Below the pieces are notes generated by a model. That model made no database searches and was not told the origin of the DNA. It saw nothing but the letters and a program-made list of their open reading frames with translations. 63,397 nt of DNA from a virus (Duplodnaviria > Caudoviricetes), in the IMG/VR virus record IMGVR_UViG_3300036790_000296, positions 1 through 63,397 of that record. One strand, written 5' to 3'. Below are positions 27,498 through 37,889 of the stretch, in pieces; positions within the stretch are counted from its first letter, which is position 1; each line of letters opens with the position of its first letter. The translations under genes were made by a program, and so were the position numbers.

Positions 27498-28865
27498 ATG
27501 CTGCTGGGGAGGGTTTTACAAAACGTTGGCGACAGTATTCAGCATACTGTTGACTACAGCGAATGGTTGGAGAAAGGGGAGGTTCTTCAGTCAGTTTCGT
27601 ATACTGTAGACTATGGCACCGCAACTGTTTCTAACGGTATATACTCACTCGATTTGAAAAAAGCCAAGTTTCTTTTGAATGGTGGAACGCTAGATGACCA
27701 GTTTAACATTATTGTTACTGCTATTACGTCATTTGGGCAAACACGCATCGACACTATTGGGGTAGCAGTTGAAACGAATGGTGGCCCTGTATTTCAATCT
27801 TCTAATCAGTCTCTCATGCTTTCTATTATGGGAGCTACTGGCGTTACTGGCAGCACTGGCGCAACTGGCCCATTTGGATCAGGGTCTACAGGTTCTACGG
27901 GGGTAACTGGCCCTGTCGGCATAACTGGGCCTACTGGAATAACCGGTCCTACTGGCGTAACTGGTGCTCAAGGTATTCAGGGTGTAACCGGTCCTACTGG
28001 CGTAACTGGTGCCCAAGGGACGGCAGGGAGTGCCACAAATACAGGTGCAACTGGCCCTACCGGTTCTACTGGTGTGGCGGGGATTGCATCTAATACCGGT
28101 GCAACCGGTCCAACTGGTGTTGCAGGTGCAGGTGGCGCGATTGGCGCAACCGGTCCTACTGGTGCAGCAGGTGGCGGCGGTGCGATTGGCGCAACCGGTC
28201 CTACTGGTGTTGCAGGTGCAGGTGGCGCGATTGGCGCAACCGGTCCTACTGGTGTTGCAGGTGTAGGTGGCGCGATTGGCGCAACCGGCCCTACAGGTGC
28301 TGTGGGTAGCGGCGGCGCGGTAGGTGCAACCGGGGCAACCGGACATACGGGGGCTACTGGCGCAACCGGAGCTACCGGTGCAGCAGGTGCTGCTAGTACG
28401 GTAACTGGACCAACAGGTAGCGGCGGCGCTGGCGGTGCCACTGGCCCAACTGGATCGTCTGCTTCTATAACTGGGGGGACTGGAGCAACAGCTACGGGTA
28501 ACTCACTTAGCGTTCAATCGCCCGCGCTTCTTAGGTATATATCCAGTACCCTTTTGGTTGGGTACACGTTTACACCATATAACGGGGGGACAGTTTCCTC
28601 TGGAACATACACGCCCGCCGCCGCAAACGGCAATTATCAATATTACACAAATAATGGCGCGCACACTTTGGCCAATCCTACGGCTGATTGCGCTATAGAT
28701 ATTTTGGTTACAAACGGGGCGAGCGCCGGAACTATCACCTTTTCTACTTTTACAGTTGGGTCTAATACGGGCGATACGCTTACGACAACAAACACGAATG
28801 TCTTTATTATTTCTATTCGTAGAATAAATGGCGTTTCCACGTATGTTGTAAAAGCGCTCCAATGA
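27498..28865 (+). CDS. Collagen-like tail fibre 2 with N-terminal adaptor domain
   Basis: N-domain (VDYSEWL) paralogous to 30576..30860; long GXT tract; C-terminal head. Confidence 0.85.
   Translation: MLLGRVLQNVGDSIQHTVDYSEWLEKGEVLQSVSYTVDYGTATVSNGIYSLDLKKAKFLLNGGTLDDQFNIIVTAITSFGQTRIDTIGVAVETNGGPVFQSSNQSLMLSIMGATGVTGSTGATGPFGSGSTGSTGVTGPVGITGPTGITGPTGVTGAQGIQGVTGPTGVTGAQGTAGSATNTGATGPTGSTGVAGIASNTGATGPTGVAGAGGAIGATGPTGAAGGGGAIGATGPTGVAGAGGAIGATGPTGVAGVGGAIGATGPTGAVGSGGAVGATGATGHTGATGATGATGAAGAASTVTGPTGSGGAGGATGPTGSSASITGGTGATATGNSLSVQSPALLRYISSTLLVGYTFTPYNGGTVSSGTYTPAAANGNYQYYTNNGAHTLANPTADCAIDILVTNGASAGTITFSTFTVGSNTGDTLTTTNTNVFIISIRRINGVSTYVVKALQ
28098..28322 (+). repeat. 45-bp tandem repeat x5 inside fibre 2
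   Basis: GATGPTG(V/A)(A/V)G.GGA(I/V) units. Confidence 0.85.
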
Positions 28866-30574
28866 CGCAAATATTTATCACGGCGACAGGAGCCGGTAAG
28901 TGGATTGTCCCATCCAATTGGAATAATTCATCCAACTCTATTGAGATTTTAGCAGGCGGTGGCGGTGGTTCTACTACGGGTGCTGGTGGTGGCAGTTCTT
29001 ATGCTAAAGCGACAAATGTAACGCTTGCACCTGGTGCGCCTATAAGTTTCAATGTGGGTGCTACCGCCACAGATAGTTGGTTTAATGGTTCCGCCGTTAG
29101 CGGTTCTACTTGTGGCGCGAAAGCCGGGGTAAACGGGTCAGCGGGAACTGGCGGCGCAGGTGGTGCCGCTTCCGGGTGTGTTGGCGGCGCAGGCGGCGGC
29201 ACAACTAACCCCGGTGCCCCATACGCATATAACGGTGGTGGCGGCGGCAATGTTTCGACGGATGGCGGCGGCGGCGGCGGTGCTGCAGGTCCGAATGGTG
29301 TAGGCGCAGCAGGGGTAAACGGTAGCGTTGGGGGCGGCGGCGCAGGTGGCACAGCCGATAATGGCTTTGGCGGTACAGGCGGCTCGGGTGGCGCGGCTGG
29401 TGGAAATGGCACTGAATGGACTACTTCTGGAAATAACGGTGGCGCGGCTGGTTCTGGCGGCGGCGGCTCGGGTGGTTTTACATCTGGCGCTGGTAATGGC
29501 GGTTTGTATGGTGGCGGTGGCGGTGGTGTTACAGCAGGTTCGGCTGCGGGCGCTCAAGGTATTATAGTTATCACCTATTCGCCAATATCCCCCACGGCAA
29601 TTTATTATCTAACTGCGGGTTCTGTTTTTCCAATTCCGTCCGATTGGAATGCTGCAAATAACAAAATTGAAGGGCTTGGCGGCGGCGGCCAGGGCGGCGG
29701 TGCAACAAGTGCTTCATCGCGTGGCGGCGGCGGCGGCGGCGGTGCTGAATATAGAAAAGCTACGGATGTATCTTTTACGCCTGGTCAACAAATTGCTTAC
29801 GCAATCGGGGCTGGTGGTTCAACGTCCGGCGCTGCTGCAAATGGGCAAGCGGGCGGTAACACCGCTTTTAATACGAATACTATTATAGCGGTTGGCGGTA
29901 GCGGCGGCGGCGATCTAGGGGCATCGGGCGCAGGTGGCACCGGAGGTACAGGAGCTATTGGTTTTGCAGGCGGCGCAGGTGGCATAGCCACCGGAAGTAG
30001 CACTACTAATGGTGGCGGTGGCGGTGGCGGTGCAGGTGGCTTTACAGGTATAGGAAACGCAGGCGGCGCCAACCCCGGTGCAAACGGCGGTGGCGGTGGC
30101 GGTGGCGGCGCAAATGCTGGAAGTTCAACTGCTGGTTCTAATTCGTCTGGCGTTAACCCGAGCGCGGGCGGCGCAGGCGGTACTGGTACATCTGGAACAG
30201 CGGGTGGCGCAGGTGGTACGACGGGAGGTACAGCCGCGCAGAGTGGGTCCAATGGCTCAGGTGGCGGCGGTGCAGTCTTTTCAACTACGGTTTCTGCTTC
30301 TGTAGGCGGCCCCGGCGGTGCAGGAATTGATTGGACTTCATCTGGTAATGACGGTGGAGCAGCGGGTTCTGGTGGCGGAGGCGGTGGCGGTGGCCATGGT
30401 TCCAATGGTGCTACGGCGGGCGGTGCCGCAGCGTTGTACGGTGCTGGCGGGGGCGGTGGTGGCGAAGGTGGCGGCGCGCAATCTGCTGGCGGTGTGGGGG
30501 CACAAGGTATTATAGTGGTCACCTATTCTTTTGTGCCTATAACTGGCTTTAATATGCCGATGTTAGGAATGTAA
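28862..30574 (+). CDS. Glycine-rich fibre or receptor-binding protein, two tandem domains
   Basis: Two copies of PS(N/D)WN...IE..GGGG...W(T)..SGN(N/D)GGAAGSG...GAQGIIV.TY. Confidence 0.85.
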   Translation: MTQIFITATGAGKWIVPSNWNNSSNSIEILAGGGGGSTTGAGGGSSYAKATNVTLAPGAPISFNVGATATDSWFNGSAVSGSTCGAKAGVNGSAGTGGAGGAASGCVGGAGGGTTNPGAPYAYNGGGGGNVSTDGGGGGGAAGPNGVGAAGVNGSVGGGGAGGTADNGFGGTGGSGGAAGGNGTEWTTSGNNGGAAGSGGGGSGGFTSGAGNGGLYGGGGGGVTAGSAAGAQGIIVITYSPISPTAIYYLTAGSVFPIPSDWNAANNKIEGLGGGGQGGGATSASSRGGGGGGGAEYRKATDVSFTPGQQIAYAIGAGGSTSGAAANGQAGGNTAFNTNTIIAVGGSGGGDLGASGAGGTGGTGAIGFAGGAGGIATGSSTTNGGGGGGGAGGFTGIGNAGGANPGANGGGGGGGGANAGSSTAGSNSSGVNPSAGGAGGTGTSGTAGGAGGTTGGTAAQSGSNGSGGGGAVFSTTVSASVGGPGGAGIDWTSSGNDGGAAGSGGGGGGGGHGSNGATAGGAAALYGAGGGGGGEGGGAQSAGGVGAQGIIVVTYSFVPITGFNMPMLGM

Positions 30575-30575
30575 A

Positions 30576-30860
30576 ATGCTGTTATCAACGCGAAATATCA
30601 CACTTGGCGATACACGTCGATATGTGGTTGATTATCGCGATTTTTTGGATAAAGGGGTAAAGCTTGCTACCGTGGCGGTAACAACCAATGGCCCTACGTC
30701 CACGGTTCAAAACGCGTCCATATCCGAAGACGAAACGGAAGTGTATTTTTATGCTACGGCAGGTGTGCTTAACGAAGTTTTCACTGTCAACCTTCAGGTT
30801 ACAGATACCAATCTTGAGACAGTGAACGACACCCTCGATTTCACTGTTGTGGCCCCATAA
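30576..30860 (+). CDS. Fibre-tail adaptor-like protein
   Basis: YVVDYRDFLDKG, paralogous to the N-terminus of 27498..28865. Confidence 0.7.
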   Translation: MLLSTRNITLGDTRRYVVDYRDFLDKGVKLATVAVTTNGPTSTVQNASISEDETEVYFYATAGVLNEVFTVNLQVTDTNLETVNDTLDFTVVAP

Positions 30861-30873
30861 ACAGGAGTTCAAA

Positions 30874-31023
30874 ATGTCTATTATGCAAGAAATCGAGTAT
30901 GAGTTGAAGGTTCTTTTGGCCGAAATTGATGCCTTGTTTCATAAGGCTAAAGTTGCGGCGGTTAAAGATGCCAGCGTAACTGGTGCTACCGGTGTTTCAG
31001 GCGCAACTGGCCCCAAAGCCTAG
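30874..31023 (+). CDS. 49-aa protein with a mini collagen tail (not in ORF track)
   Basis: AGGAG SD; MSIMQEIEYELK...VTGATGVSGATGPKA. Confidence 0.65.
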   Translation: MSIMQEIEYELKVLLAEIDALFHKAKVAAVKDASVTGATGVSGATGPKA

Positions 31024-31035
31024 TATGGAGTTTTC

Positions 31036-31284
31036 ATGGCAGCCCCCGCGCCTGAAACACCGGTAGCGAGCTTCCTAGACCGAAACGCTACCCCCGAATG
31101 GAGGCAAGCGCATAAACTGTGGAGCGTGCAGCTATCTGTATTTTGGGCAGTTGTGGGTGGTTTATGGGTGGCTGTTCCGGTGTTTCAAGGTATGGTGACT
31201 CCCTTTGTGTTCGTTTGTCTGTGTGTCGGTATGTCGCTTTTGATCCTGTTTGCGCGTCTTACTAATCAGCCGGGTTTACCATAA
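31036..31284 (+). CDS. Holin
   Basis: Two TM helices, WRQAHKLWSV...ARL..Q pattern, abuts the endolysin gene. Confidence 0.75.
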   Translation: MAAPAPETPVASFLDRNATPEWRQAHKLWSVQLSVFWAVVGGLWVAVPVFQGMVTPFVFVCLCVGMSLLILFARLTNQPGLP

Positions 31285-31787
31285 TGAGCGATACGCCAAG
31301 CCCTGCTATACAAAAACGCTCTTTTGTAAACCGCGCCATCCGCCAACCTGCGGGTTGGGTTGGGATCGCGGTGACAATTATATGTGGGTTCGAAGGGCTT
31401 TACACGTACGCCTATCGTGACGTGGTGGGGGTGAAAACAATATGCTATGGCGCTACGGCTGCCGATCATGTTGATTTCAACCGAAAATACACCAAAGAGG
31501 AATGTCAGGCGCTACTTGCGAAAGACCTGCAAAAATATGAAGACTCAGTAGAAAAATGCGTACACGTTGCCATGCCGCCACACCGTCATGCTGCGATTGT
31601 GAGTTTCACGTATAATGTGGGCGGCGGTGCCCTCTGCAAGTCTAGCGTAGCGCGCGAGTTGAACGCCGGGCATGTTCAAGCCGGATGTAACGATTTAATG
31701 CTATATAATCGTGCAGGCGGGAGGGTCATAAAAGGGCTTACTACCCGCCGTGCCGCCGAGCGAAAGTTGTGTCTAAGAAACGACTAA
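31284..31787 (+). CDS. Endolysin, GH24 lysozyme (possible SAR type)
   Basis: E-x8-D-x5-T triad (FEG...RD...TICYG), SFTYNVG, GLTTRR.AE; weakly hydrophobic N-terminal segment. Confidence 0.93.
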   Translation: MSDTPSPAIQKRSFVNRAIRQPAGWVGIAVTIICGFEGLYTYAYRDVVGVKTICYGATAADHVDFNRKYTKEECQALLAKDLQKYEDSVEKCVHVAMPPHRHAAIVSFTYNVGGGALCKSSVARELNAGHVQAGCNDLMLYNRAGGRVIKGLTTRRAAERKLCLRND

Positions 31788-31805
31788 AAAGGGGTATTTT
31801 TCGCC

Positions 31806-32117
31806 ATGACATTTTTAGTGGAGCATGCGTTTGCGGGTATATGGTCCCTGGTGTGGCAGTGGGGGATTGGCATAGGGCTTATTATCCTGTGTTTCGCTGG
31901 TGCATGGTTTCTTCCTTTGTGGCGGAAGGATTTTATTTATGCTGCCGCGCTAGTGTTTGTGGCGCTTTTTTTCATGGGGGTTGGTATAAACCAGTGGAAA
32001 AAGCACGTCGTAGCCCAGCAAGAAGCGCTTGACACGCAGGTGAATAAAGTGGTAAATGGCACCACTACGGAGAAGTCTAAAGCTGCTAAGGACCGCTACG
32101 ATAACAAGAATTATTAA
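31806..32117 (+). CDS. Inner-membrane spanin candidate
   Basis: TM helices followed by a coiled coil, after the endolysin gene. Confidence 0.65.
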   Translation: MTFLVEHAFAGIWSLVWQWGIGIGLIILCFAGAWFLPLWRKDFIYAAALVFVALFFMGVGINQWKKHVVAQQEALDTQVNKVVNGTTTEKSKAAKDRYDNKNY

Positions 32118-32130
32118 GAGGGTTACCCAT

Positions 32131-32358
32131 ATGAAGTTCATCATCCCCATCTGTCTTGCTCTCCCGCTTGCTGGCTGCCTTACTGATGGCACGCTACCAT
32201 CCAGTACCTTACAGCCAATTTGCGAGGCGCTAATTGGGCCGATCCGGTACAACACGTATTCTAAGGAGAGTAAGCGGTACGCCGCAGCCGTGCTGGCGAT
32301 GGACTTGAAAACCCGAAACCAGGTGGGGCAACGCCTGCATTGCCCACAATACAGGTAA
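32131..32358 (+). CDS. Outer-membrane spanin candidate (lipoprotein)
   Basis: Lipobox LAGC after a short signal peptide. Confidence 0.75.
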   Translation: MKFIIPICLALPLAGCLTDGTLPSSTLQPICEALIGPIRYNTYSKESKRYAAAVLAMDLKTRNQVGQRLHCPQYR

Positions 32359-32392
32359 CCCTCAAGAGGCTAACGAGGTTAAAGAGGCTAAG

Positions 32393-32566
32393 ATGGCAAA
32401 GAAATTCAATCCAGGTGGTCATAAAGGCAAGTTGCACCGTGAACTAGGTGTACCGGTTGATAAGCCCATAGGAAAAAGCCGTATTGCGGCTGCCACGCGC
32501 TCCAGCAACCCCGAAATTGCCCGGGACGCTAAACGCGCTGTTACCATGGGTAAGTGGAAGCATTAG
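32393..32566 (+). CDS. 57-aa basic protein (not in ORF track)
   Basis: GAGG SD; MAKKFNPGGHKGKLHRELGVP... Confidence 0.65.
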   Translation: MAKKFNPGGHKGKLHRELGVPVDKPIGKSRIAAATRSSNPEIARDAKRAVTMGKWKH

Positions 32567-32569
32567 CAG

Positions 32570-32601
32570 TTAACGATGCCTAAAGAACCGTCTAGTAGGG
32601 T
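32570..32601 (+). promoter_or_regulatory. CtrA-box-like promoter for the nozzle operon
   Basis: TTAA-N7-TAAA-N11-TAGGGT. Confidence 0.6.
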
Positions 32602-32672
32602 AAGACCGAAAAAGACTGGTACGCGCCAAGCGTTTATTGGTTCAACAAACCCACGATTTGCAGGAGACACGA

Positions 32673-33128
32673 ATGCCCGAGAACCATCAGGAAGGGCTAG
32701 TAGCGGACGAGCTAGTGGAAACGGGCTTGACCGCGCTAACGGAATTGCCTCCATCCGAGCCGGTGACAAAGAAAGAGGCAATTCCTGACGAGCCTGCGCC
32801 CCTAGTGCAAATTGAGGAACCGGTTCGGCCCGAAACCCATAGTGAGCGTGTAAAGCGTGAGTTTACAGAAAAAATTCTAGCCTCGCGTATCCAGCCGCCT
32901 GCTTTCGTCGCACAACCACCTATCCCCCGAATGCTTGACCAGACTAAGTTGGAAATGGCGGAAGGCAAGCGCATGAACGCGCATCACGACGCGCTACGCG
33001 CTAATCGACCGATTATCAAGCCTGACCTTTCAACCGGTTCCATGACCCCCGTGTTTCGGCCAGCGGATTACGTTCCTGATCCGAAGAAGCCAGTAAGCAA
33101 TGGGGCACGCACAGTTTCGCGTGAATAG
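32673..33128 (+). CDS. Hypothetical protein
   Basis: AGGAG SD. Confidence 0.7.
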   Translation: MPENHQEGLVADELVETGLTALTELPPSEPVTKKEAIPDEPAPLVQIEEPVRPETHSERVKREFTEKILASRIQPPAFVAQPPIPRMLDQTKLEMAEGKRMNAHHDALRANRPIIKPDLSTGSMTPVFRPADYVPDPKKPVSNGARTVSRE

Positions 33129-33136
33129 GTGGTGCC

Positions 33137-35875
33137 ATCCCCGCTGAAAAGATTGAACAGTTTGGTGGGATGCTGCCTGCCTGGGACCCGCACTTACTGC
33201 CCAAGGGCCAAGCCGCTAATTCCGTAAATGGCTATTTGTTTTCAGGCGCGCTAGAGGGGTGGCGTCAACCTAAACTGTTGCGCGCCTTATTAAACTCGGC
33301 TGCGAAATACGTGTATCGTATTCCTACTGTGGCGCAATCCACGGCTACGGCCTATCTTATTTTCCTTCTTAACTCCAGTTTGAACGATCAAATTTCTATC
33401 GGCGGTGTCACGTATACATTCGTGAATATCGTCAAGAGCCCGTACGATGTGCTCATAGGAGCCACATCTGCCATTACGGCTGCTAACCTTTTTGCTGCGG
33501 TTACTACAGACAGTGGAACGTCTGTTAATATGGGCACGCTTTATGGTCCAAACACCGTTGCCAATATCAATGTTTCTTCCTCGGACGGCACCCAAGGGAC
33601 TGTGAATTTGGGCCTTGGTGTAATGCCATTCTTGTTCCTCCCAGCCCCCGCTGCCGGGGTAGCCTACAATACAACTGTTGTGACGGAAACAACCGGCACC
33701 GTTCGCACTATTTGGCTGTTCAATCTTTTAAGTTTGGCTAATACTACGGCTACTTTCCAGGGCGGCACGAACCCATCGTTCTCCAACCTTATAACAGCCC
33801 CCGCCACATGGCTGGAGTTCAACGATCCAGATACAAATGTTGTAAAATCACAAGTGGTTGACGACCAGTTCGGTAGATTTTATTTTGCCAGCCCCAGCTT
33901 GCCGCCGCAATACAACACGGCGGCACGAATTTCCGCAGGGTCGCCCCCGTGGCTTCTTGGCATAAATCCGCCTAGTATCGCCCCAACTGTGTCCGTAGCA
34001 GGCGGTGGAAATGGCGCTACCCTCCCTATAGCGGATGTAACATCTAGCGGAGGTCTTGCTTTTATAAATGGAAACACGGTGTATCTGGTGCCTATTGTGC
34101 CGCCAGGCGCGATGCAGATACAAGACGTGCAATTTATGCCGGTTTCCACCGATTCCAGTGTGCAATATGCAGCGGTTATCTACGAAGACGCTGGTAACGG
34201 CTCTTTGCCTGCAACTAGGCCAGGCAATCTTCTTAATACTGGTGTCGTGGGTACTGGGATAATCGGGGCTACTGCTTCAAGTAGCCAGTTTTTGAACCCC
34301 TCTAGTTTATTGGCTAATACGCCATATTGGATTGGGATAGCTATAAACACGTCAGAGACATTGGCAACTGGCGGCGGCGCTTCTTCCAGTTACAGTTTTC
34401 CGAATACGTTTTCAAATGGTGCACCTGGTGTTGCACCTATAGGCACATCCGGCCTTGTCGATTTTCAAATGTGGGCGGTTTTGCAAACGTCGGATGTTAT
34501 AGAAGCGCGGGCATACGTCTATACTTGGGTTAGCGCATATGACGAGGAAAGCGCGCCAAGCCCGCCTACGCTTATAAATGGATGGTCTAATGGCACATGG
34601 ACCATAGGGGTACAGCCCCCGCTTGCTTCGGACGTGGGGGTAAACCGCAATCTAACATCACTAAACCTTTACCGCACGGTAACAGGGACTGGCGGTTCCA
34701 CGGTATTTTATTTTGTAGCTAACCTGCCTGTTGCTTCAACTACGTACCAGGATATAGTGTTAGACAATGTGATCGCTCTCAATATACAGCTTCCAAGTAC
34801 AAACTGGTTCCCCCCTCCGGAGAATTTGCAGGGGCTTCTGAACATGCCGAACGGCATGGTGGCAGGGTTTGTGGGCAACGAGCTATGGTTTTGTGAACCA
34901 TATTTCCCCCATGCGTGGCCGCCGGGCTACGTTTTGACCACTGATTTCCCCATAGTGGGGATAGGGCTTACAAGCGGTGTTGTGGTGGCTTGTACGGAAG
35001 CCAACTCGTATGTGGCTAACGGTTCAAGCCCCGGCGCTATGAGCTTGCTTAAGTGCGCACCGCCCGATCCATGTTTGTCGCGCGGTAGTATAGTGGGAAT
35101 GGATATTGGCGTTTTCTACATGTCCCCTAACGGTCTTATCCAAGTTACAAACGTGGGGGTGTCCTCAAATGTAACCGAGTTATGGATAACGAGGGAAAAA
35201 TGGGCACAACTCACGCCACAGAAATATGGGCGATCTATACCGTTGGCGTCTTGTTATTTTTGCTTTGGTGCAACATCCGGGACCGGGGCCACTGAAGACA
35301 CCAGTGTGGCGCAGACCGGCTTTAATATCGAGATGAACCAGGATAATACCAGCTTTACAATATGGCCGCAGCCTGGCGGTCATAGGGTGGGCTTTAACAA
35401 CATGACAGCCCCCAACGGTTTCAACATTGACAATGTAGAGATTGACCCGTGGACCGGTATAGGGATGCTGGTGCAAAACGGCGGTGTGTACTATTACGAT
35501 TTTACCGATCCAGCACCCGTTATGGTGCCATATACGTACAGAACCAAGACATACCAGCAAAACAACAAGAAAAGCTATGAGGCAATGAAAGTGTTCTTTT
35601 CAGTGCCTGCTGGCACGCCTACGCAAAATACTACACGTAATACGGCTCCATTTGCGGACCCAAGCTGGAATACACTCGGGCCTAATCAGTATGGCATTGT
35701 AAGGGTATTTGCTGATAATGTGCTTGTGACGACGAGGGAGATTTGGGCTAATGGCGAGCTATTGCGTATAGCTTCCGGCTTTAAAGCCGAAGAATGGATA
35801 TGGGAGTTTACCGGTCGCGTTATAATATCCAATGTGCAAGTGGCTACAACAGCTAAAGAATTGGCGAACGTGTAA
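33137..35875 (+). CDS. Tail nozzle / packaged-DNA stabilisation-like protein; start at ATC 33137 or ATG 33170
   Basis: FGG..P....LLP N-terminus, YVYTWV...EESAPS, LWFCEPY.PHAWP; beta-rich; precedes the ejection genes. Confidence 0.8.
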   Translation: MPAEKIEQFGGMLPAWDPHLLPKGQAANSVNGYLFSGALEGWRQPKLLRALLNSAAKYVYRIPTVAQSTATAYLIFLLNSSLNDQISIGGVTYTFVNIVKSPYDVLIGATSAITAANLFAAVTTDSGTSVNMGTLYGPNTVANINVSSSDGTQGTVNLGLGVMPFLFLPAPAAGVAYNTTVVTETTGTVRTIWLFNLLSLANTTATFQGGTNPSFSNLITAPATWLEFNDPDTNVVKSQVVDDQFGRFYFASPSLPPQYNTAARISAGSPPWLLGINPPSIAPTVSVAGGGNGATLPIADVTSSGGLAFINGNTVYLVPIVPPGAMQIQDVQFMPVSTDSSVQYAAVIYEDAGNGSLPATRPGNLLNTGVVGTGIIGATASSSQFLNPSSLLANTPYWIGIAINTSETLATGGGASSSYSFPNTFSNGAPGVAPIGTSGLVDFQMWAVLQTSDVIEARAYVYTWVSAYDEESAPSPPTLINGWSNGTWTIGVQPPLASDVGVNRNLTSLNLYRTVTGTGGSTVFYFVANLPVASTTYQDIVLDNVIALNIQLPSTNWFPPPENLQGLLNMPNGMVAGFVGNELWFCEPYFPHAWPPGYVLTTDFPIVGIGLTSGVVVACTEANSYVANGSSPGAMSLLKCAPPDPCLSRGSIVGMDIGVFYMSPNGLIQVTNVGVSSNVTELWITREKWAQLTPQKYGRSIPLASCYFCFGATSGTGATEDTSVAQTGFNIEMNQDNTSFTIWPQPGGHRVGFNNMTAPNGFNIDNVEIDPWTGIGMLVQNGGVYYYDFTDPAPVMVPYTYRTKTYQQNNKKSYEAMKVFFSVPAGTPTQNTTRNTAPFADPSWNTLGPNQYGIVRVFADNVLVTTREIWANGELLRIASGFKAEEWIWEFTGRVIISNVQVATTAKELANV

Positions 35876-35877
35876 AA

Positions 35878-36048
35878 ATGTCAGCAATTATAAATGTAAG
35901 CACCCCGGCCCCTGGGGCTCCGCAAAAACGTCTTGTGCCCTCAATTCCGCTTGCCAAGGACCTTGCAAGTGCTATAGTGGCTATTAATGCTATACGGCAG
36001 TTCTTAATCGTAACAACCGGAGCAGTCCCCCCTAATAACACCGATTAG
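35878..36048 (+). CDS. 56-aa hypothetical protein (not in ORF track)
   Basis: ATG 2 nt after the nozzle stop; open to TAG 36048. Confidence 0.5.
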   Translation: MSAIINVSTPAPGAPQKRLVPSIPLAKDLASAIVAINAIRQFLIVTTGAVPPNNTD

Positions 36049-36073
36049 CAAGTTATCCTGTTGGATTAATACG

Positions 36074-36105
36074 TTAATCTACTATAAACGGCTCTCTTGT
36101 AGCCT
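36074..36105 (+). promoter_or_regulatory. CtrA-box-like promoter for the ejection genes
   Basis: TTAA-N7-TAAA-N11-TAGCCT. Confidence 0.6.
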
Positions 36106-36137
36106 GTTTTCTGGCCTATTTGGGCAGGGGTTTTTCT

Positions 36138-37889
36138 ATGGCCGTTACAAGTACGTCTGCTGCTAATGGCGCAAACTCCGCAATACCGGGCAATTTGGCA
36201 AATACCAGCGCCCTTACGGGTTTACAGGGTGCGCAAGGTACTTCCCAGTCCCAAAGCATCTCGAACTCCCAGTCGTCTAGCACGCCGGAAGTTCTTCAAA
36301 CCCCTCAAAGTGATCTTTCTGACCAGATTGCTGCCGCTGCTGAAGCACTTGGGCAACAACAATATACGTGGGCGCAACAGCAATATGCAAATACTTCCGA
36401 TGTAACCAATAAAACAGTTGATGATTACCTAACCGCTGGTGCATCTGCTACTAATTTAGCGGATAACCAGATGGAGCAATACGATAACACGTATGTTCCA
36501 GAAAACCAGCAATTAGCCCAAGAAGCCGGTACTTACTCTAGTAACGCGCGTGTCGCTCAAAATATGGGTGAAGCCGAGTCCGCTACCGGGCAGGCGATGA
36601 ACCAGGGGCGTATTAACGCCGAGCAAACCCTTCAGCAATACGGCATTGATCCGTCTAGCGGGCGATATCAGGAGCTAGAGAACGCTCAACGGGCGCAAGC
36701 TGCCGCTGCGCAAGCGGGCGCAGGTCAGGAAGCACAACTGGCAACGGAAGCTACCGGCCGGTCATTACTGGGCCAGTCTATTGCGGTTGGCGAGCAATTC
36801 CCTGGTAATACCGTAAACGCGCTTAACCAGGCAGCGCAAGACTACTCGGGTGCTGAAAATTCCACACTGGCAAATGTGAACACCGAAACGGCGGCAGTGG
36901 GGGGTGCCAACTCATTGCTGAATACTGCTACGGGTGTAAAGCTTCCATCTGTTGCTAACGCAACTACATCTGGTAGCTACAGTACATCCGGATCATACGC
37001 ACAGCATACGGGCAATACGACTGGTACTACCTCTGGTACTACACCTGGAACTGCCACAAACCCACTTGGATCGTTAGGTACGGGCAATAATAACACATCC
37101 ACCACATCCACGGTTGGGGGTTCGAACACCGGGACTGGTACTGGTTCAACCAATTCTGACGGTTCATCCGTGCCAGGTACTGTGACGACTGATCCGGGTA
37201 ATGGTACTACTTTGTCACAAGGCCAGACCATAAATGGGGATGGCACCGTAACGGGCGGTTCTACTGGAAATAGCGCGAGCAGCACCGGTTCTGGTAGCGG
37301 GGATGTGTTTAATACTGGTACAACCCCCATATCTGGCGGCCTCGATCCTGTATCAACTGCGGGGGCAACCGCTGGCGGCGGTATACCGACTGGGCTTGAC
37401 CCTATTTCAACCGAAGGCGCTGGTCTTGATCCAGCTTCTTCTATAGACATTGGTACGCCTCCTAGCGACGTTTCGTCACCGCCCCCGTTCATAACAGACA
37501 GTGGTGGCTCGTCCTATAACCCTTCCGATTTTGGTGGTGGCGGATACGGCGGTTATGCTGCTGGCGGTGCTATTCCTTCTCCAGGAGGGGGATTTGACGC
37601 TAGGGGCGGTGGTCGGGTGCCCCCCGGTGCCAGCCCAAGCCAGGGACAGCAAACAGATGATGTGCGCGCTAACCTTAACGCCAATGAATTCGTTATCCCG
37701 CGTGATGTGGCCGCATGGAAAGGGCAGGAGTTTTTTCAGAAGCTCATTGCGCAATCGCGAAAAGCGCGCATTATGGCACCGGCCCACGGTAAACCCGAGC
37801 AACCTGCACCGGGCATGCGACAACCTATGCGACAACCTATGCGCCAACCTATGCGCCAACCACGACCTATGCAAGCGGGGCAACGATGA
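36138..37889 (+). CDS. Internal virion/ejection protein 1
   Basis: Ala/Gln-rich helices, GIDPSSGR, YAAGG...DDVRANL..NEFVIP motif; (MRQP)4 at 37815-37862. Confidence 0.75.
   Translation: MAVTSTSAANGANSAIPGNLANTSALTGLQGAQGTSQSQSISNSQSSSTPEVLQTPQSDLSDQIAAAAEALGQQQYTWAQQQYANTSDVTNKTVDDYLTAGASATNLADNQMEQYDNTYVPENQQLAQEAGTYSSNARVAQNMGEAESATGQAMNQGRINAEQTLQQYGIDPSSGRYQELENAQRAQAAAAQAGAGQEAQLATEATGRSLLGQSIAVGEQFPGNTVNALNQAAQDYSGAENSTLANVNTETAAVGGANSLLNTATGVKLPSVANATTSGSYSTSGSYAQHTGNTTGTTSGTTPGTATNPLGSLGTGNNNTSTTSTVGGSNTGTGTGSTNSDGSSVPGTVTTDPGNGTTLSQGQTINGDGTVTGGSTGNSASSTGSGSGDVFNTGTTPISGGLDPVSTAGATAGGGIPTGLDPISTEGAGLDPASSIDIGTPPSDVSSPPPFITDSGGSSYNPSDFGGGGYGGYAAGGAIPSPGGGFDARGGGRVPPGASPSQGQQTDDVRANLNANEFVIPRDVAAWKGQEFFQKLIAQSRKARIMAPAHGKPEQPAPGMRQPMRQPMRQPMRQPRPMQAGQR

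Noticed and set aside
14055-30522. Long Pro/Val-rich antisense ORFs (e.g. 14055..14435, 27977..28441, 29797..30522)
   Set aside because: Shadows of Gly-rich sense genes, with no SD or independent signal.
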